From contig JAFGPX010000084.1 of assembly GCA_016935975.1 (NCBI GenBank), positions 174-64,173 on the forward strand: DNA of 64,000 nt, in the 5' to 3' direction. A program made the position numbers and the translations under genes. Within the stretch, counting starts at the first letter, position 1. Every line of letters begins with the position of its first letter. The DNA is from Deltaproteobacteria bacterium (GTDB lineage Bacteria; Myxococcota_A; Polyangia; Fen-1088). The notes under the pieces are model-generated. The model saw nothing but the letters and a program-made list of their open reading frames with translations, searched no databases and had not been told where the DNA came from. Shown in pieces: positions 48,671 through 59,774 of this stretch.

Positions 48671-50263
48671 CTAGCTACATGCACCGCAGCGCCGGGATTC
48701 GCTCGCCAGACGCAGCAGGCGCTCGCTCGTGGGGCGGTCGGCCGAAAGGGCGTCCACGCTCACGGGCATGCGATAGGTCCAGTTGTGCTCGTTGACCGAG
48801 CCCGGCACGTTGACTCGTTCGCGCGCCCCCAGCAGATCCTGGAACGGCAGCAGGCACAGATCCGAGGCCGAGTGGTAGAGCACGGACAGCAACGTGTCCC
48901 GGACCCCGTCGTCGAAGCCGCGCTGGCAATCGAGATGGGCAAGCCCGGAAATGCGCGCGAGGTAGCCGCGCTGCTCGGGGGAAAGCCCGTCGTACCAAAC
49001 CGCCTGCGTCTCCGTGTCGTGCGTGCCCGAGGTGGCCACGGAGATCTCGGGCCATTTGGCCGGATCGCGATAGAACTGCCGCATGCGTCCGTCGCGCCAC
49101 AAGTCGTCCTTCTCCCAGCGCAAGACCCGGTAGCCGGGAACGCGCAGGCGGACGAGCGAGGGCCGCAGAAATTCCGGCACCATGCCCAGATCCTCGGCGA
49201 TGACCTCGCCGTATTCGCCCATGATGGACAGCAGGGTTTCCCCAAGGCGGATCTGCGCCTCCTCGTCGGTCGGCGAGAAACCTGATCTGCGTCGGTCGGC
49301 CGAGCGATAGTAGGTGCGGTACATGCCGATCACGTGGTCCACGCGGTAGAGGCCGAAGAGGCGTCCGTTGCGCTCGGCCCGCCGCCGCATCCACTGGAAG
49401 TCGGTCTTCTCCATGGCGCGCCAGTCGTAAAGCGGCAGGCCCCAATCCTGCCCCTCGGGGCACAGATTGTCGGGCGGGGTGCCCACGCGCAGCCCCAAGC
49501 GAAACAGGTGGCGCTCCTTCCATACGTCGGCGGAATCCTCGGCCACCATGAAGGGCAAATCGCCCATGAGGTCCACGCCCAGCGCCGCCGCCTCCTGCCG
49601 GGCAGCCCGCCACTGCTCGTCGAGCTGCCACTGCTGCCAGCACACGAAAAGAATCTCCTCTGCGTGCTCCTGCGCGGCGGCGGCCAGCGCGGCCGGCTGG
49701 TGCGCGGCCAGCGCCTTCGGCCACTCCTTCCAATGCTTGGCGAATGCCTGGTGAAGGACCGTGAACAGCGCGTAGTCCTTCAACCAGTCGCGATTCTCCT
49801 CGCGGAACTGTTCGAGTTGGCGAGCGCGCCGGCTGCGCTTCGGCCACTCGCGGGCGTGGAAGCTGGCAAACGCGAGTCGCGTGCCGCGCTCCTTGAGCGG
49901 CCGCAACCGGGCCCAGGGCACGGCCCCGGCGGCAGCCACTTCGTCGAGCAGACGCCTGTCTTGGTCGGTGAGAGCCGCTCGCCCGCCGGCGGCGGCGAAG
50001 TCCGGGCATGCGTCCAGGCCCAGGTACGCCGGATCGAGGGCGAAAGCCGTGGCCGCGGCATAGGGGCTGTTCTCCCCGCCGCTGACCGCGCACACCGGCA
50101 GCATCTGCACGACGCGGATGCCGGCCCGCGCGGCCCATCGGGCCATGGCCACGACGTCCGGGATCTCGCCTAGCCCCCACCCGGTCGGGGTGCGAACCGA
50201 GAAAAGGGGAATGAGCACGCCGGCGCGCCGCTGTCTCGGTCTTGGCCCGTTGCTACCAGGCAT
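48671..50263 (-). CDS. malQ: 4-alpha-glucanotransferase (GH77)
   Basis: AGVLIPLFS, WGLGEI, QMLP, SPY, LMGDLPF, GQDWGLPLYDW, YRVDHVIG, IAEDLG, GTHD, RVNVPG..NWTYR. Confidence 0.94.
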   Translation of the reverse strand: MPGSNGPRPRQRRAGVLIPLFSVRTPTGWGLGEIPDVVAMARWAARAGIRVVQMLPVCAVSGGENSPYAAATAFALDPAYLGLDACPDFAAAGGRAALTDQDRRLLDEVAAAGAVPWARLRPLKERGTRLAFASFHAREWPKRSRRARQLEQFREENRDWLKDYALFTVLHQAFAKHWKEWPKALAAHQPAALAAAAQEHAEEILFVCWQQWQLDEQWRAARQEAAALGVDLMGDLPFMVAEDSADVWKERHLFRLGLRVGTPPDNLCPEGQDWGLPLYDWRAMEKTDFQWMRRRAERNGRLFGLYRVDHVIGMYRTYYRSADRRRSGFSPTDEEAQIRLGETLLSIMGEYGEVIAEDLGMVPEFLRPSLVRLRVPGYRVLRWEKDDLWRDGRMRQFYRDPAKWPEISVATSGTHDTETQAVWYDGLSPEQRGYLARISGLAHLDCQRGFDDGVRDTLLSVLYHSASDLCLLPFQDLLGARERVNVPGSVNEHNWTYRMPVSVDALSADRPTSERLLRLASESRRCGACS

Positions 50264-50302
50264 CGATTTCCAGTTCGGCTATGATACGGCTTCCCCTCCC
50301 TC

Positions 50303-51289
<987 letters not shown>

Positions 51290-51318
51290 GACCGGAGCGC
51301 GACACGCGGATCGCACGA

Positions 51319-51444
51319 GCGTGGGCGAGAGCGTGCTCGTGGGGGGTACGCGAACCGCGCGAGGCGTGAGCGGCCGTACGCGGACCGTCCCACGCCTCCC
51401 GCCGCACGCATCACCCACACGGACACGCTCACGCTCGCCCACGC
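51319..51444. repeat. Intergenic imperfect inverted repeat
   Basis: gcgtgggcgagagcgtgctcgtgg ... cacggacacgctcacgctcgcccacgc. Confidence 0.55.
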
Positions 51445-51490
51445 GCGTGCCGCGTCCCGCGCCCCGGCTTTCCACTGCGGCGGAGTCACC

Positions 51491-52423
51491 ATGAGCGAGA
51501 TCGTCCTGCGTGCCGACGGGCTGGCCAAGACCTTTCGCCTCGGGTTCTTGCGCAAGCGCATCGAAGCGGTCCGGGAAGCAACCTTCGACGTCCAGCGCGG
51601 CGAGATCTTCGGGTACCTCGGCCCCAACGGCTCGGGCAAAACCACCACGCTCAAGATGCTCATGGGCCTGGTCTTCCCCACCCGCGGCCGCGCCGAGGTC
51701 CTGGGCCGGCCGGTACCGAACCGCGAAGCCAAGCGCCGGCTCGGCTACCTGCCGGAGAGCCCCTATTTCTATGAATACCTCGCCCCCGAGGAATTCCTCG
51801 ACCTGGTCGGCGCCCTGTGCGACGTGCCGCGGGCAATTCGGCGGGAGCGCGCGGCCAAGCTCATCGCCCGCGTCGGCCTCGAGCAGGCGCGCGGCCGGCC
51901 CCTGCGCAAGTTCTCGAAAGGCATGCTCCAACGTATCGGCATCGCGCAGGCCTTGATGGGCGATCCCGAGCTGGTCGTGCTCGACGAGCCCATGACCGGC
52001 CTCGATCCCCTGGGCCGCAAGGAGATCCGCGACCTCATGCTCGAACTTCGGCGCGAGGGCCGCACCGTGGTGTATTCCACCCATATCCTGCCCGACGTGG
52101 AGATGACCTGCGACCGCGTGGCCATGATCTTCGCGGGACGCATCCGCAGCGTGGGCCCGCTGGCGGAGCTTCTGACCGCGCGCCTGCTCTCCACCGAGGT
52201 GTGCCTGAGCCCGGGTGCGGGGACGCTCCCGCCGCTGCCCGCGGGCGCCACCACCAGACAGAGCCCCGACGGCTTGCTCGTCGATCTGCCCGAGGGCACG
52301 GACGTGGACGCTTGCCTGCGGGCAGTGCTGGCCGGCGGCTGCCACGTCCTCTCGGTGACCCCCCGCCGGGAATCGCTCGAGGATCTCTTCCTCCGCCAGG
52401 CCGCGGAAAAGGGGGCGGCATGA
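51491..52423 (+). CDS. ABC transporter ATP-binding protein (myxobacterial PilH-like)
   Basis: GPNGSGKTT, FSKGMLQR, LDEPMTGLDP, STH. Confidence 0.92.
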   Translation: MSEIVLRADGLAKTFRLGFLRKRIEAVREATFDVQRGEIFGYLGPNGSGKTTTLKMLMGLVFPTRGRAEVLGRPVPNREAKRRLGYLPESPYFYEYLAPEEFLDLVGALCDVPRAIRRERAAKLIARVGLEQARGRPLRKFSKGMLQRIGIAQALMGDPELVVLDEPMTGLDPLGRKEIRDLMLELRREGRTVVYSTHILPDVEMTCDRVAMIFAGRIRSVGPLAELLTARLLSTEVCLSPGAGTLPPLPAGATTRQSPDGLLVDLPEGTDVDACLRAVLAGGCHVLSVTPRRESLEDLFLRQAAEKGAA

Positions 52424-53205
52424 ATCGCGTCATCGCCATCGCCTGGAACACCTTCCGGGAAGCCGTACGCAACAAGATCCTCTACAGCCTGCTCTTCTTC
52501 GCGGTGCTGATCATCCTGTCCGCGCTCGCCATCGGCAATCTGACCCTGCACGAAGAGGTGCGCACCATCCGCGATATCGGTCTCTTCGGCATCGACCTCT
52601 TCGGGGTCATCATCGCGATTTTCGTGGGCGTCAACCTCCTGTACAAGGAGCTCGACCTCAAGACCGTCTACACCATCCTGCCCAAACCCCTGCACCGCTG
52701 GGAGTTCGTCTTCGGCAAGTGGCTGGGCATGCTGCTCACCCTCGCCGTACAGATATCGGTCATGGGAATCGTCTTGGCCGCGGTCCTCGCGGCGCAGGGC
52801 GCCCGGTTCGACCTGCCCACGGCCAAGGCGGTGTGGCTGCTCTTCGTCAACGTGATGCTCGTCACCTCCATCGCCGTCTTCTTTTCGGCCTTCTCCAGCC
52901 CGTTTCTCTCCGGGTTCTTCGCCCTGGGCTGCTTCGTGGTCGGCCGCTCCGTGCCCGACATCCGCGCACTGGGCGAAAAGCTGGGGCCCGCCGCCAACGC
53001 GGTGCTGAACATGCTGTGCGACCTGATCCCGAACCTTCACCTCTTCTACCCCTCGGGCGCCATCGTCGGGGCCGAGGAGGTTTCCGTACACCGCCAGTTC
53101 GTGGGCAGCGACTACATCCTGTCGGCCACCGGCTACGGCGTCGCGTATTCGTTCATCGTGCTGCTCCTGGCCATGCTGATCTTCCGCAAGCGGGATTTCG
53201 TCTGA
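52420..53205 (+). CDS. ABC-2 type permease (PilI-like)
   Basis: AIAWNTFREAVR, TVYTILPKP..GKWLG, multiple TM, terminal FRKRDF. Confidence 0.88.
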   Translation: MNRVIAIAWNTFREAVRNKILYSLLFFAVLIILSALAIGNLTLHEEVRTIRDIGLFGIDLFGVIIAIFVGVNLLYKELDLKTVYTILPKPLHRWEFVFGKWLGMLLTLAVQISVMGIVLAAVLAAQGARFDLPTAKAVWLLFVNVMLVTSIAVFFSAFSSPFLSGFFALGCFVVGRSVPDIRALGEKLGPAANAVLNMLCDLIPNLHLFYPSGAIVGAEEVSVHRQFVGSDYILSATGYGVAYSFIVLLLAMLIFRKRDFV

Positions 53206-53849
53206 TGCACGGTTGGCGGCGGCAACTCATCATCGTGGCTGCCGGTGTGGTTTCCGCCCTAGCCATTGTCGTGGTGCGCTTGCTGCTGGACGCGCACACG
53301 GCCCTTGCCAACGGCGCGGAGGCCGAGCTGCGAGGGGACACGGCCGCCGCCATCCGGCACTATATGGATGCGGGGCGTCTGTACGTGCCGGGCAGTCCCT
53401 TCACCCGTGACGCGCTTGACCACTTGGATAGCATGGCCGTGGCCGCGGTCACGCGCGGCGACTACCAGACGGCGCGCGCCGCGTTCGAGGCAGAACGCGC
53501 GGCAATACTCAGCACGCGCTCCTTCTACTCCCCCTACCAAAGCCGCTTGCCAAGCCTCGAACTCCGGCTCGCGCGCCTGCTGGCTGCCAGCGAAGGGCGC
53601 GCTGCGCTATCCGCTTTCGACAAGCGGGCCTCTTGGCACCAGGCCAGGCTCGCGCAGCGGCCGGGCCCCCACACGGGGTGGGTCCTGCTGGCGCTTCTCG
53701 GCCTGGCAACCTGGGTGTCGAGCGGCGTGTTGTTCTTCCGTCACGGGCTTGACTCCCGCTTCGGACTCCGCCGTGTCCCGGCAGTTCTAGCGGCCTCGGG
53801 CTTCGTGCTGGGACTCGGCCTTTTTCTTATCGGCCTGCGCCTAGCCTAG
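53205..53849 (+). CDS. Hypothetical membrane protein
   Basis: Start overlaps the permease stop; N-terminal TM, helical soluble domain, two C-terminal TMs. Confidence 0.7.
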   Translation: MHGWRRQLIIVAAGVVSALAIVVVRLLLDAHTALANGAEAELRGDTAAAIRHYMDAGRLYVPGSPFTRDALDHLDSMAVAAVTRGDYQTARAAFEAERAAILSTRSFYSPYQSRLPSLELRLARLLAASEGRAALSAFDKRASWHQARLAQRPGPHTGWVLLALLGLATWVSSGVLFFRHGLDSRFGLRRVPAVLAASGFVLGLGLFLIGLRLA

Positions 53850-53923
53850 CCTGCCGTTTTTCCGCAGGATCATGGAGTCTGACCGCGATTTCGATGCTAG
53901 AAACTGGGTTCCGGCTCAAGCTT

Positions 53924-55111
53924 ATGGGTATCCGTTGCGATCGTTGTCAAACCGAATGCAAAGTGGACGACTCCTCTGCAGGCCAGTCCAGCAGGGAGAT
54001 CCAGTGTAGCGCCTGCGGCCACGTGATGATAATCGGCCCCAAGACGCCAGCTCCGCTTCCATCGAGCCCCGGGCCCGGCACACCGAAGCCCGAAGCCAAC
54101 GAGTGGGTGGTCGAAACCGTCCACGGCCGTCGTCTGCAAACAGGTGAGATCGCGGCCCTGCACAGATGGATCATCGAGCGCCGGGTCACGCGCGACGACC
54201 GGATCTCCTGCAATGGCCAGCCGTTCCAGCCCATGGCCGAGGTGGCCGAGCTCCTGCCCTTCTTCGACATCACCGACAGCGCAGAACGCGCCCGCCGGGC
54301 CGATACGCCCAGCCCCAAGGTCTTGCCCGCTCCGCCACCCGCGACCGCGCAGCCGCCCACGACAGGCGAAACGACGGCAGGGGGCCCAACGCCGGCGCGT
54401 GCCGATGTGCTTCCGGCCGACGACGACCGCACCGAAACCAAGGTCGTTCCCTCCCCGACCTTGCGGCTGGCCCTTCCCTTCAAGCTCGCACTCATGACGT
54501 TGACCGCTGCGGCGGTCGCCTACGCCGGTATCGCCCTTTACAATCTGCGTTGGCGCCGGCCGGCCCAAGCGCCATTCCAGACCCGTTCCGTCACGAGCGA
54601 GCGCATCGTGGCTCCGGCCCCGGCCCCGGCCCCCGCCGCGCCGGAGGTCGTGACCATACCCGCAAGCCCGGATCCGCAGGAGCCCGCAATCGAGCCGAGC
54701 GCAGAAGAGGAGGACGAAAGCGCAGCCGAGCCCACGCCACGCCGCAAGGCGCGAGCCGCTGGCCGCTCTGCTGGCGCCCGGGGGAGCAGGTCTCGGGCAG
54801 CCGCGGTGGCTCGCCGCTCTGCCGCCGGCAACGACAAGGCTGGCCCTGCCTCCCCGCAGGCGATGGCCGCCCAAGGCTACGCGGCGCTAAACCGCCGGCA
54901 GTTCCCGCAAGCCATCCGGCTCTTCAAGCAAGCCTTGGCCGGCAACCCGGCCAACGGCACCGCGCAGTTCGGCCTTGCCGAAGCCTACCGCGAGACCGGC
55001 CAGAGGACGTCGGCGCTCAAGGCGTACCGCCGTTACATCCAAATCTTGCCGAGCGGCCCCGACGCCGGCTCCGCTAGGCTGCAAATCCGTTTGTTGGAGA
55101 GGAAGCAGTAG
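53924..55111 (+). CDS. Zinc-ribbon + GYF-like + TM + TPR protein
   Basis: CDRC..CSAC, LHRWIIERRVTRDDRIS..VAELLPFF, TM, C-terminal TPR (AQFGLAEAY). Confidence 0.75.
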   Translation: MGIRCDRCQTECKVDDSSAGQSSREIQCSACGHVMIIGPKTPAPLPSSPGPGTPKPEANEWVVETVHGRRLQTGEIAALHRWIIERRVTRDDRISCNGQPFQPMAEVAELLPFFDITDSAERARRADTPSPKVLPAPPPATAQPPTTGETTAGGPTPARADVLPADDDRTETKVVPSPTLRLALPFKLALMTLTAAAVAYAGIALYNLRWRRPAQAPFQTRSVTSERIVAPAPAPAPAAPEVVTIPASPDPQEPAIEPSAEEEDESAAEPTPRRKARAAGRSAGARGSRSRAAAVARRSAAGNDKAGPASPQAMAAQGYAALNRRQFPQAIRLFKQALAGNPANGTAQFGLAEAYRETGQRTSALKAYRRYIQILPSGPDAGSARLQIRLLERKQ

Positions 55112-55159
55112 CGAATCCGCGGCGTCCGGCTCGTGTAGGCGCGATGAATCGCGGCCCTA

Positions 55160-57742
55160 CTACCGCAGGCACACGGCCAGGATCTGCTTGAGATCGGTCT
55201 GGCCGGCGATGGCCTTGTCGATGCCGTCTTGAAGCAAGGTGGTCATGCCCCCCGCCACGGCCAGCCTGCGGATTTCCTCGACGGGTGCCTTGGCCACGAT
55301 GGCGCGCTTGATGGCGTCATCGGCCACGAGCAGCTCGTGCACGGCAAGGCGGCCCTTGAGGCCGGTCTTGGCGCACTGGTCGCAACCCGCTCCGCGCCAC
55401 AACTTGAAATCGGGTTTTCCGACCCCGCGGGCCGCGGCCCCTTCCTCACCGAAGGCTTGCACGATTTCCTCGATCTCGTCGGTAGCGGGCTTGTACTGTT
55501 CGCGGCATTTCTTGCACAGCCCGCGCGCCAGACGCTGCGCCAGCACGCCGAGCAAGGCGTCGGCGAAACTGAAGGGATCGAGGCCCATGTCCACGAGACG
55601 GGTGATGGTTTCGGGAGCGCTGTTGGTGTGCAGGGTGGAGAACACCAAGTGGCCGGTGAGCGACGCCTCGACGCCCGTGTTGGCGGTTTCCTTGTCGCGC
55701 ATCTCGCCGACCATGATGACATCGGGATCGGCGCGCAAGAACGAGCGCATGGCCGCGGCGAAGTCCAGGCCTATCCTGGGTTGCACCTGCACCTGCCGCA
55801 ATCCCGGCTGGGTGATCTCGACGGGATCCTCGGCCGTCCAGATCTTCATGTCCGACGTGTTGATGGTCCCCAAGGCCGAGTGCAAAGTCGTGGTCTTGCC
55901 CGACCCGGTTGGCCCCACGCACAGGATGAGGCCGTACGGCTTGGTGATGAGGTTCCTCATCTCGCGCAGGTTGCGCTCGCTCATGCCCATCTCGTCGAGG
56001 GGAATCGGCTTCGAGGCGGCCAAGATACGCATGACCATGTCCTCGTTGCCATTCACGGTCGGCATCGTGGCGACACGCAACTCGATGGTACGGTCGCGCA
56101 TGCGGAACCTGATCTTGCCGTCCTGGGGCTTGCGCCTCTCCGAGATGTCGAGCCGAGCCATGATCTTGAAGCGCGCCACGAGCGGGTTGCGGAAGATGGC
56201 CGGAATCTCCTGATAGTTCACGCAATCGCCGTCGATGCGGAAGCGGATGCGCGTGTTCTCCTCCTTGCCGTAGGGCTCGATGTGGATGTCGGAGGCGCCG
56301 CGCTGAAAGGCGTCGATGATGACCTGGTTGGCCAGCTTGATGATGGTGCTGTCGGATTCCTCGCCGTCCTGAGTGTCGTCGGCGACATCCTCGACCGCTC
56401 CCGTGGTTTCGTCGGTGGACAGCTCGCGAATCAGGGAATTGACGTCGGGCCGCATGCCGTACGACGTCTCGATGCAAGCCATGATCTCGTCGCGGAAACC
56501 GACGTGCAGGGCGATCTCGCGATCGGTCTCGACCGAGCGCAGGGAATCGGTGCGCGCGATGTCGTGCGGGTTGTCGATGACCACGACGAGCCGCGGGCCG
56601 CGGCGCTCGATCGGCACCGCACAGATCTTGCGCAAGAACTCCACGCGCAGGCGCTGACGGAGATCCTCCGGGATGGTCTGCGACCCGGTGAAGCGATAGA
56701 ACGGCACGCCGTAGTACTGCGAGATCGATTTCTCCACGTCGGCGCGCGCGATGCCGACCTTCTCGATGAGATAGCGGCCGACGTCGGACCCAGCAGCCTC
56801 CGCCGCGCTCGCCGCCTTGGCCAGAGCCTCGGCCTGCATGATGCCGGCCTCGACCAGGTAGTCCCACTTGCCGGCGGGCTTTGCCGACGGGCGTTCCTTG
56901 CCGCCGTCGCGGGCGGGACTTCTGCCGGCGCCGGGCCGGCCGGCCGCGGACACGGAGGAGGCGGCGGTCTGGGACGGGGGCGTCACGACGGTCTTGCCGC
57001 TCGCCGGGGCTCTGGCTGCCGGCGGCGCGGGCGTGACCTTCGCGGCCGCGGGCGTGGGCGTGGATTTGGCCGCCGGAGGCGTGGGCGTGGCTCTCGTGGC
57101 CGGCGGAGTAGGTGTGGACTTGGTCGCCGGGGGCGTGGGCGTGGACTTCGTAACCATCGGCGAGGGCGTGGCCGACGAGCGATGACCGAGGTTCAGGGCC
57201 AAGGCCGAAGCCACCGCCTCGGCCACCTCGCCCGCGTCGACCAGATCGCGGGAAGAGAAGCTCCCGGTCTCGTCCGCGCGGTTGGCGACAAGCAGCACCC
57301 CCAGAAGCTGCGTGTCGTCGCGCAGGGGTGCCAGCATCACCCCGCGCAGACGCACGTCCAGCCACTTGTCCAGACGCTCGTCGGGGCGCAAGCGCGAGTG
57401 CAGGCGCACCAACTCGCCCAGATCCCAGACGTTGCGAATGCTGGCGGGTGCCGGCGTGGTCGCGGCCCAGCCCACGAGGTTGTCCGGCTCGCTCGGCAGG
57501 CGCAGCTCGCGCATGGAATCGACGACCCAGGCCACGGCGTGCAGCTGGTTCTTCCGGTCCGGAACGAAGATCGCAGCCCGCTCGGCGCCGAAAAACCCCG
57601 CGACACGCTCCATGCCATCGAACAGCAGGCTGTCGAGCGAAGGCAGGCCCGCGAGGTAGGTGCAGAGCTCGGTCAGTTGCGCGCGCTTGTCTTGCTGGGC
57701 GGATTCGCCAGCCATCTGGCGCAGCCAAGTCGCAGCATCCAT
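55160..57742 (-). CDS. PilB/GspE family secretion ATPase with N-terminal GAF domain
   Basis: RBS AAAGGAG; GAF-like (APLRDDTQLLGVLLVANR..FSSRD); ASDIHIEP, RKPQDGKI, GPTGSGKTT, EDPVE, RADPDVIMVGEMRD, TGHLVFSTLHTN, CKKC/CDQC. Confidence 0.92.
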   Translation of the reverse strand: MDAATWLRQMAGESAQQDKRAQLTELCTYLAGLPSLDSLLFDGMERVAGFFGAERAAIFVPDRKNQLHAVAWVVDSMRELRLPSEPDNLVGWAATTPAPASIRNVWDLGELVRLHSRLRPDERLDKWLDVRLRGVMLAPLRDDTQLLGVLLVANRADETGSFSSRDLVDAGEVAEAVASALALNLGHRSSATPSPMVTKSTPTPPATKSTPTPPATRATPTPPAAKSTPTPAAAKVTPAPPAARAPASGKTVVTPPSQTAASSVSAAGRPGAGRSPARDGGKERPSAKPAGKWDYLVEAGIMQAEALAKAASAAEAAGSDVGRYLIEKVGIARADVEKSISQYYGVPFYRFTGSQTIPEDLRQRLRVEFLRKICAVPIERRGPRLVVVIDNPHDIARTDSLRSVETDREIALHVGFRDEIMACIETSYGMRPDVNSLIRELSTDETTGAVEDVADDTQDGEESDSTIIKLANQVIIDAFQRGASDIHIEPYGKEENTRIRFRIDGDCVNYQEIPAIFRNPLVARFKIMARLDISERRKPQDGKIRFRMRDRTIELRVATMPTVNGNEDMVMRILAASKPIPLDEMGMSERNLREMRNLITKPYGLILCVGPTGSGKTTTLHSALGTINTSDMKIWTAEDPVEITQPGLRQVQVQPRIGLDFAAAMRSFLRADPDVIMVGEMRDKETANTGVEASLTGHLVFSTLHTNSAPETITRLVDMGLDPFSFADALLGVLAQRLARGLCKKCREQYKPATDEIEEIVQAFGEEGAAARGVGKPDFKLWRGAGCDQCAKTGLKGRLAVHELLVADDAIKRAIVAKAPVEEIRRLAVAGGMTTLLQDGIDKAIAGQTDLKQILAVCLR
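57020..57172 (-). repeat. 27-bp tandem repeats encoding ATKSTPTPP-like units
   Basis: VTKSTPTPP-ATKSTPTPP-ATRATPTPP-AAKSTPTPA-AAKVTPAPP. Confidence 0.8.
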
Positions 57743-58050
57743 GTGAGAAACTCCTTTGGTTTTCAATCGGTAGTCCGGACGCGAAAATGAAGCCGCGGCA
57801 CAAGCACGGCTCGAAGTCGAACAACTGGTGCCAGTCATGCAGCGCCCGAAGCGCCACCGCCTCCTGGGCCGGCGACTTCGACGACGGCTTCACCGGGCAG
57901 AACATCGGCGCCAACCGCTCGAAGCGGAGCCGCCTCACCGCCGCGTGCGTCGAGTGTGTAAGGCAGGGTAGGACATCCGACTTTGGCCTCGGACGTGCGG
58001 CGAATCGTTGTAGACTGATCGGCCACTCCGGGCGAAAGGATCAACGGCTG

Positions 58051-59283
58051 ATGTCAGGAGAAACCATACTTGTCGTCGATGACAGCCCGACCATCTGCAA
58101 GCTCGTCGAGTTGACGCTGACCAAGGCGGGCTACCGGGTCGAAACCGCGCGCACCGGAGAAGGTGGCGTGGACGCGGCGCAAACCTGCCAGCCGAACCTC
58201 ATCCTGCTCGACTACCTGCTGCCGGATCTCAAGGGGGACGATGTGTGCCGCGCCATCTCGGGCAATGTCCGCCTCGCCGCCGTGCCCGTGGTCGTGATGA
58301 GCGCCAAGGGGGAAGACATCAGCGAGTGCTTCGCCGTCATGCCCAACGTGGTGAACATCATCGCCAAGCCGTTCTCCCCGGAGGCCCTGCTGGCCGTGGT
58401 CAACCACACCTTGGAGAAGGCGGGCAGCGAGCCTGCCGGACCCATGGCCAGCTCGGGATCGGACGGTCGCATCGACCTCGTGGCGCTCATCAGCGATGAG
58501 GCCAAGGACGAAAGCCCGCCGCGGCCGGCCCTGGATCCATCCGCTTCCTTGGCCGGCGACCTGGCGGTCGTCTCGATCGCCGACGTGCTCCTGCTGCTGC
58601 AGGACCGCGGCTACACGGGCACGGTCAACCTCACGCACGCTCGCGCGCAAATGGACATCTACCTCGGCCAGGGCCGCGTCGATTTCGCGGGCGCGCACGG
58701 CGTGGCCGAGGAATTCCTGCTCGGCGGCTTCCTGGTGCGCGGCGGGCACATCACGCAGGAGGCGCTGACGCAAGCCCTCGAGGAGCGGCGCAGCGGCGGC
58801 GGCGGCGAGTTGCTCGGGGCCTACCTGTGCGGCCGTGGCTTGCTGCCACCCGCGAGCCTGCGCAAGGCCATGGCGAAGCAGACCGCAGCCCTGGTCTACG
58901 AGAGCCTGCGCTGGGGCAACGGCCGCTTCGCCTTCCGGCGTTTGAACGAGCTGCCCGAGATGGCGCGCGAGGCATCCCTCGGGCTAGCGGTCGACGGTCT
59001 CATCCTCGAGGGCCTGCGGCGAGTCGAGGAATGGCGCTTGATCGAGCAGGAGATCGGCGATTTCGACATGACCTTCGTGCGCAACGAGGACAAGCTGTCG
59101 AGCTTCGGCCGCGGGCAGCTTCTGCGCGAAGAAGCCGCCATCGCCGAGTTGGTCAACGGCAAGAACACCGTGCGCGACCTCATCCAGATCTCCAACATGG
59201 GATCCTACGACGTGACCCAGGTGCTCTTCCGCTTGCTGCGCAGCAAGCTGATCCGGCGGCGGGTCGCGCCGGTGATCGTGTAG
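58051..59283 (+). CDS. Response regulator with DUF4388 domain
   Basis: ILVVDDS, LILLDYLLP, AKPF; LAGDL..IADVLLLL..TGTV, LRWGNGRFAF, LILEGLRRVEEW. Confidence 0.88.
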   Translation: MSGETILVVDDSPTICKLVELTLTKAGYRVETARTGEGGVDAAQTCQPNLILLDYLLPDLKGDDVCRAISGNVRLAAVPVVVMSAKGEDISECFAVMPNVVNIIAKPFSPEALLAVVNHTLEKAGSEPAGPMASSGSDGRIDLVALISDEAKDESPPRPALDPSASLAGDLAVVSIADVLLLLQDRGYTGTVNLTHARAQMDIYLGQGRVDFAGAHGVAEEFLLGGFLVRGGHITQEALTQALEERRSGGGGELLGAYLCGRGLLPPASLRKAMAKQTAALVYESLRWGNGRFAFRRLNELPEMAREASLGLAVDGLILEGLRRVEEWRLIEQEIGDFDMTFVRNEDKLSSFGRGQLLREEAAIAELVNGKNTVRDLIQISNMGSYDVTQVLFRLLRSKLIRRRVAPVIV

Positions 59284-59285
59284 TC

Positions 59286-59774
59286 ATGCCGTCTCCCGCC
59301 CCACTCGATGTGGTTTTCTTCGAACTGCGCGGTCTGCGCTGCGCCCTGCCCCTGGCCGTCGTACGCAAAGTGCTGCCCATGCGGGGCGTGACGCCTGTGC
59401 CGCTCTCGCCCCCGGTGGTGCGCGGCATCGCCCCCGTGCACGGGTTCATCCTTCCGATTCTCGATCTCGGCGTCTGTTTTTCGCCGGCAGGCGACGAAAC
59501 GGCCGAAGCCGCGACCTATCGCTCGCACACCGACAAGCTGCTGCTGGTCGAGACCGCTCGTGATGTGGCGGGCGAGGCGACACGCGCCGCGCTCGCCGTC
59601 GATCGCGTGATGGGCATCGGCACCGTAGACGAGCAGCACAGCCGCCTGCCGCCGTCGCGGCCTCCCTTTCTGTCGGCCACGGTGCTCGACGCCAGCGGCC
59701 CGGCGCTGCTTCTCGATATCGGACGCACCCTCGACTACGTCAAAGACGCGATCGGCACGGTGATTGGATCATGA
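59286..59774 (+). CDS. cheW: Chemotaxis coupling protein CheW
   Basis: CALPL..VRKVL, TPVPLSPPVVRGI..VHG.ILPILDL, ALAVDRV, LLLD. Confidence 0.85.
   Translation: MPSPAPLDVVFFELRGLRCALPLAVVRKVLPMRGVTPVPLSPPVVRGIAPVHGFILPILDLGVCFSPAGDETAEAATYRSHTDKLLLVETARDVAGEATRAALAVDRVMGIGTVDEQHSRLPPSRPPFLSATVLDASGPALLLDIGRTLDYVKDAIGTVIGS

Noticed and set aside
50280-50286. Overlapping TATGAT/TATCAT between divergent malQ and the epimerase
   Set aside because: Could be a second bidirectional -10, but the distances to the starts do not fit leaderless spacing and there is no -35 support
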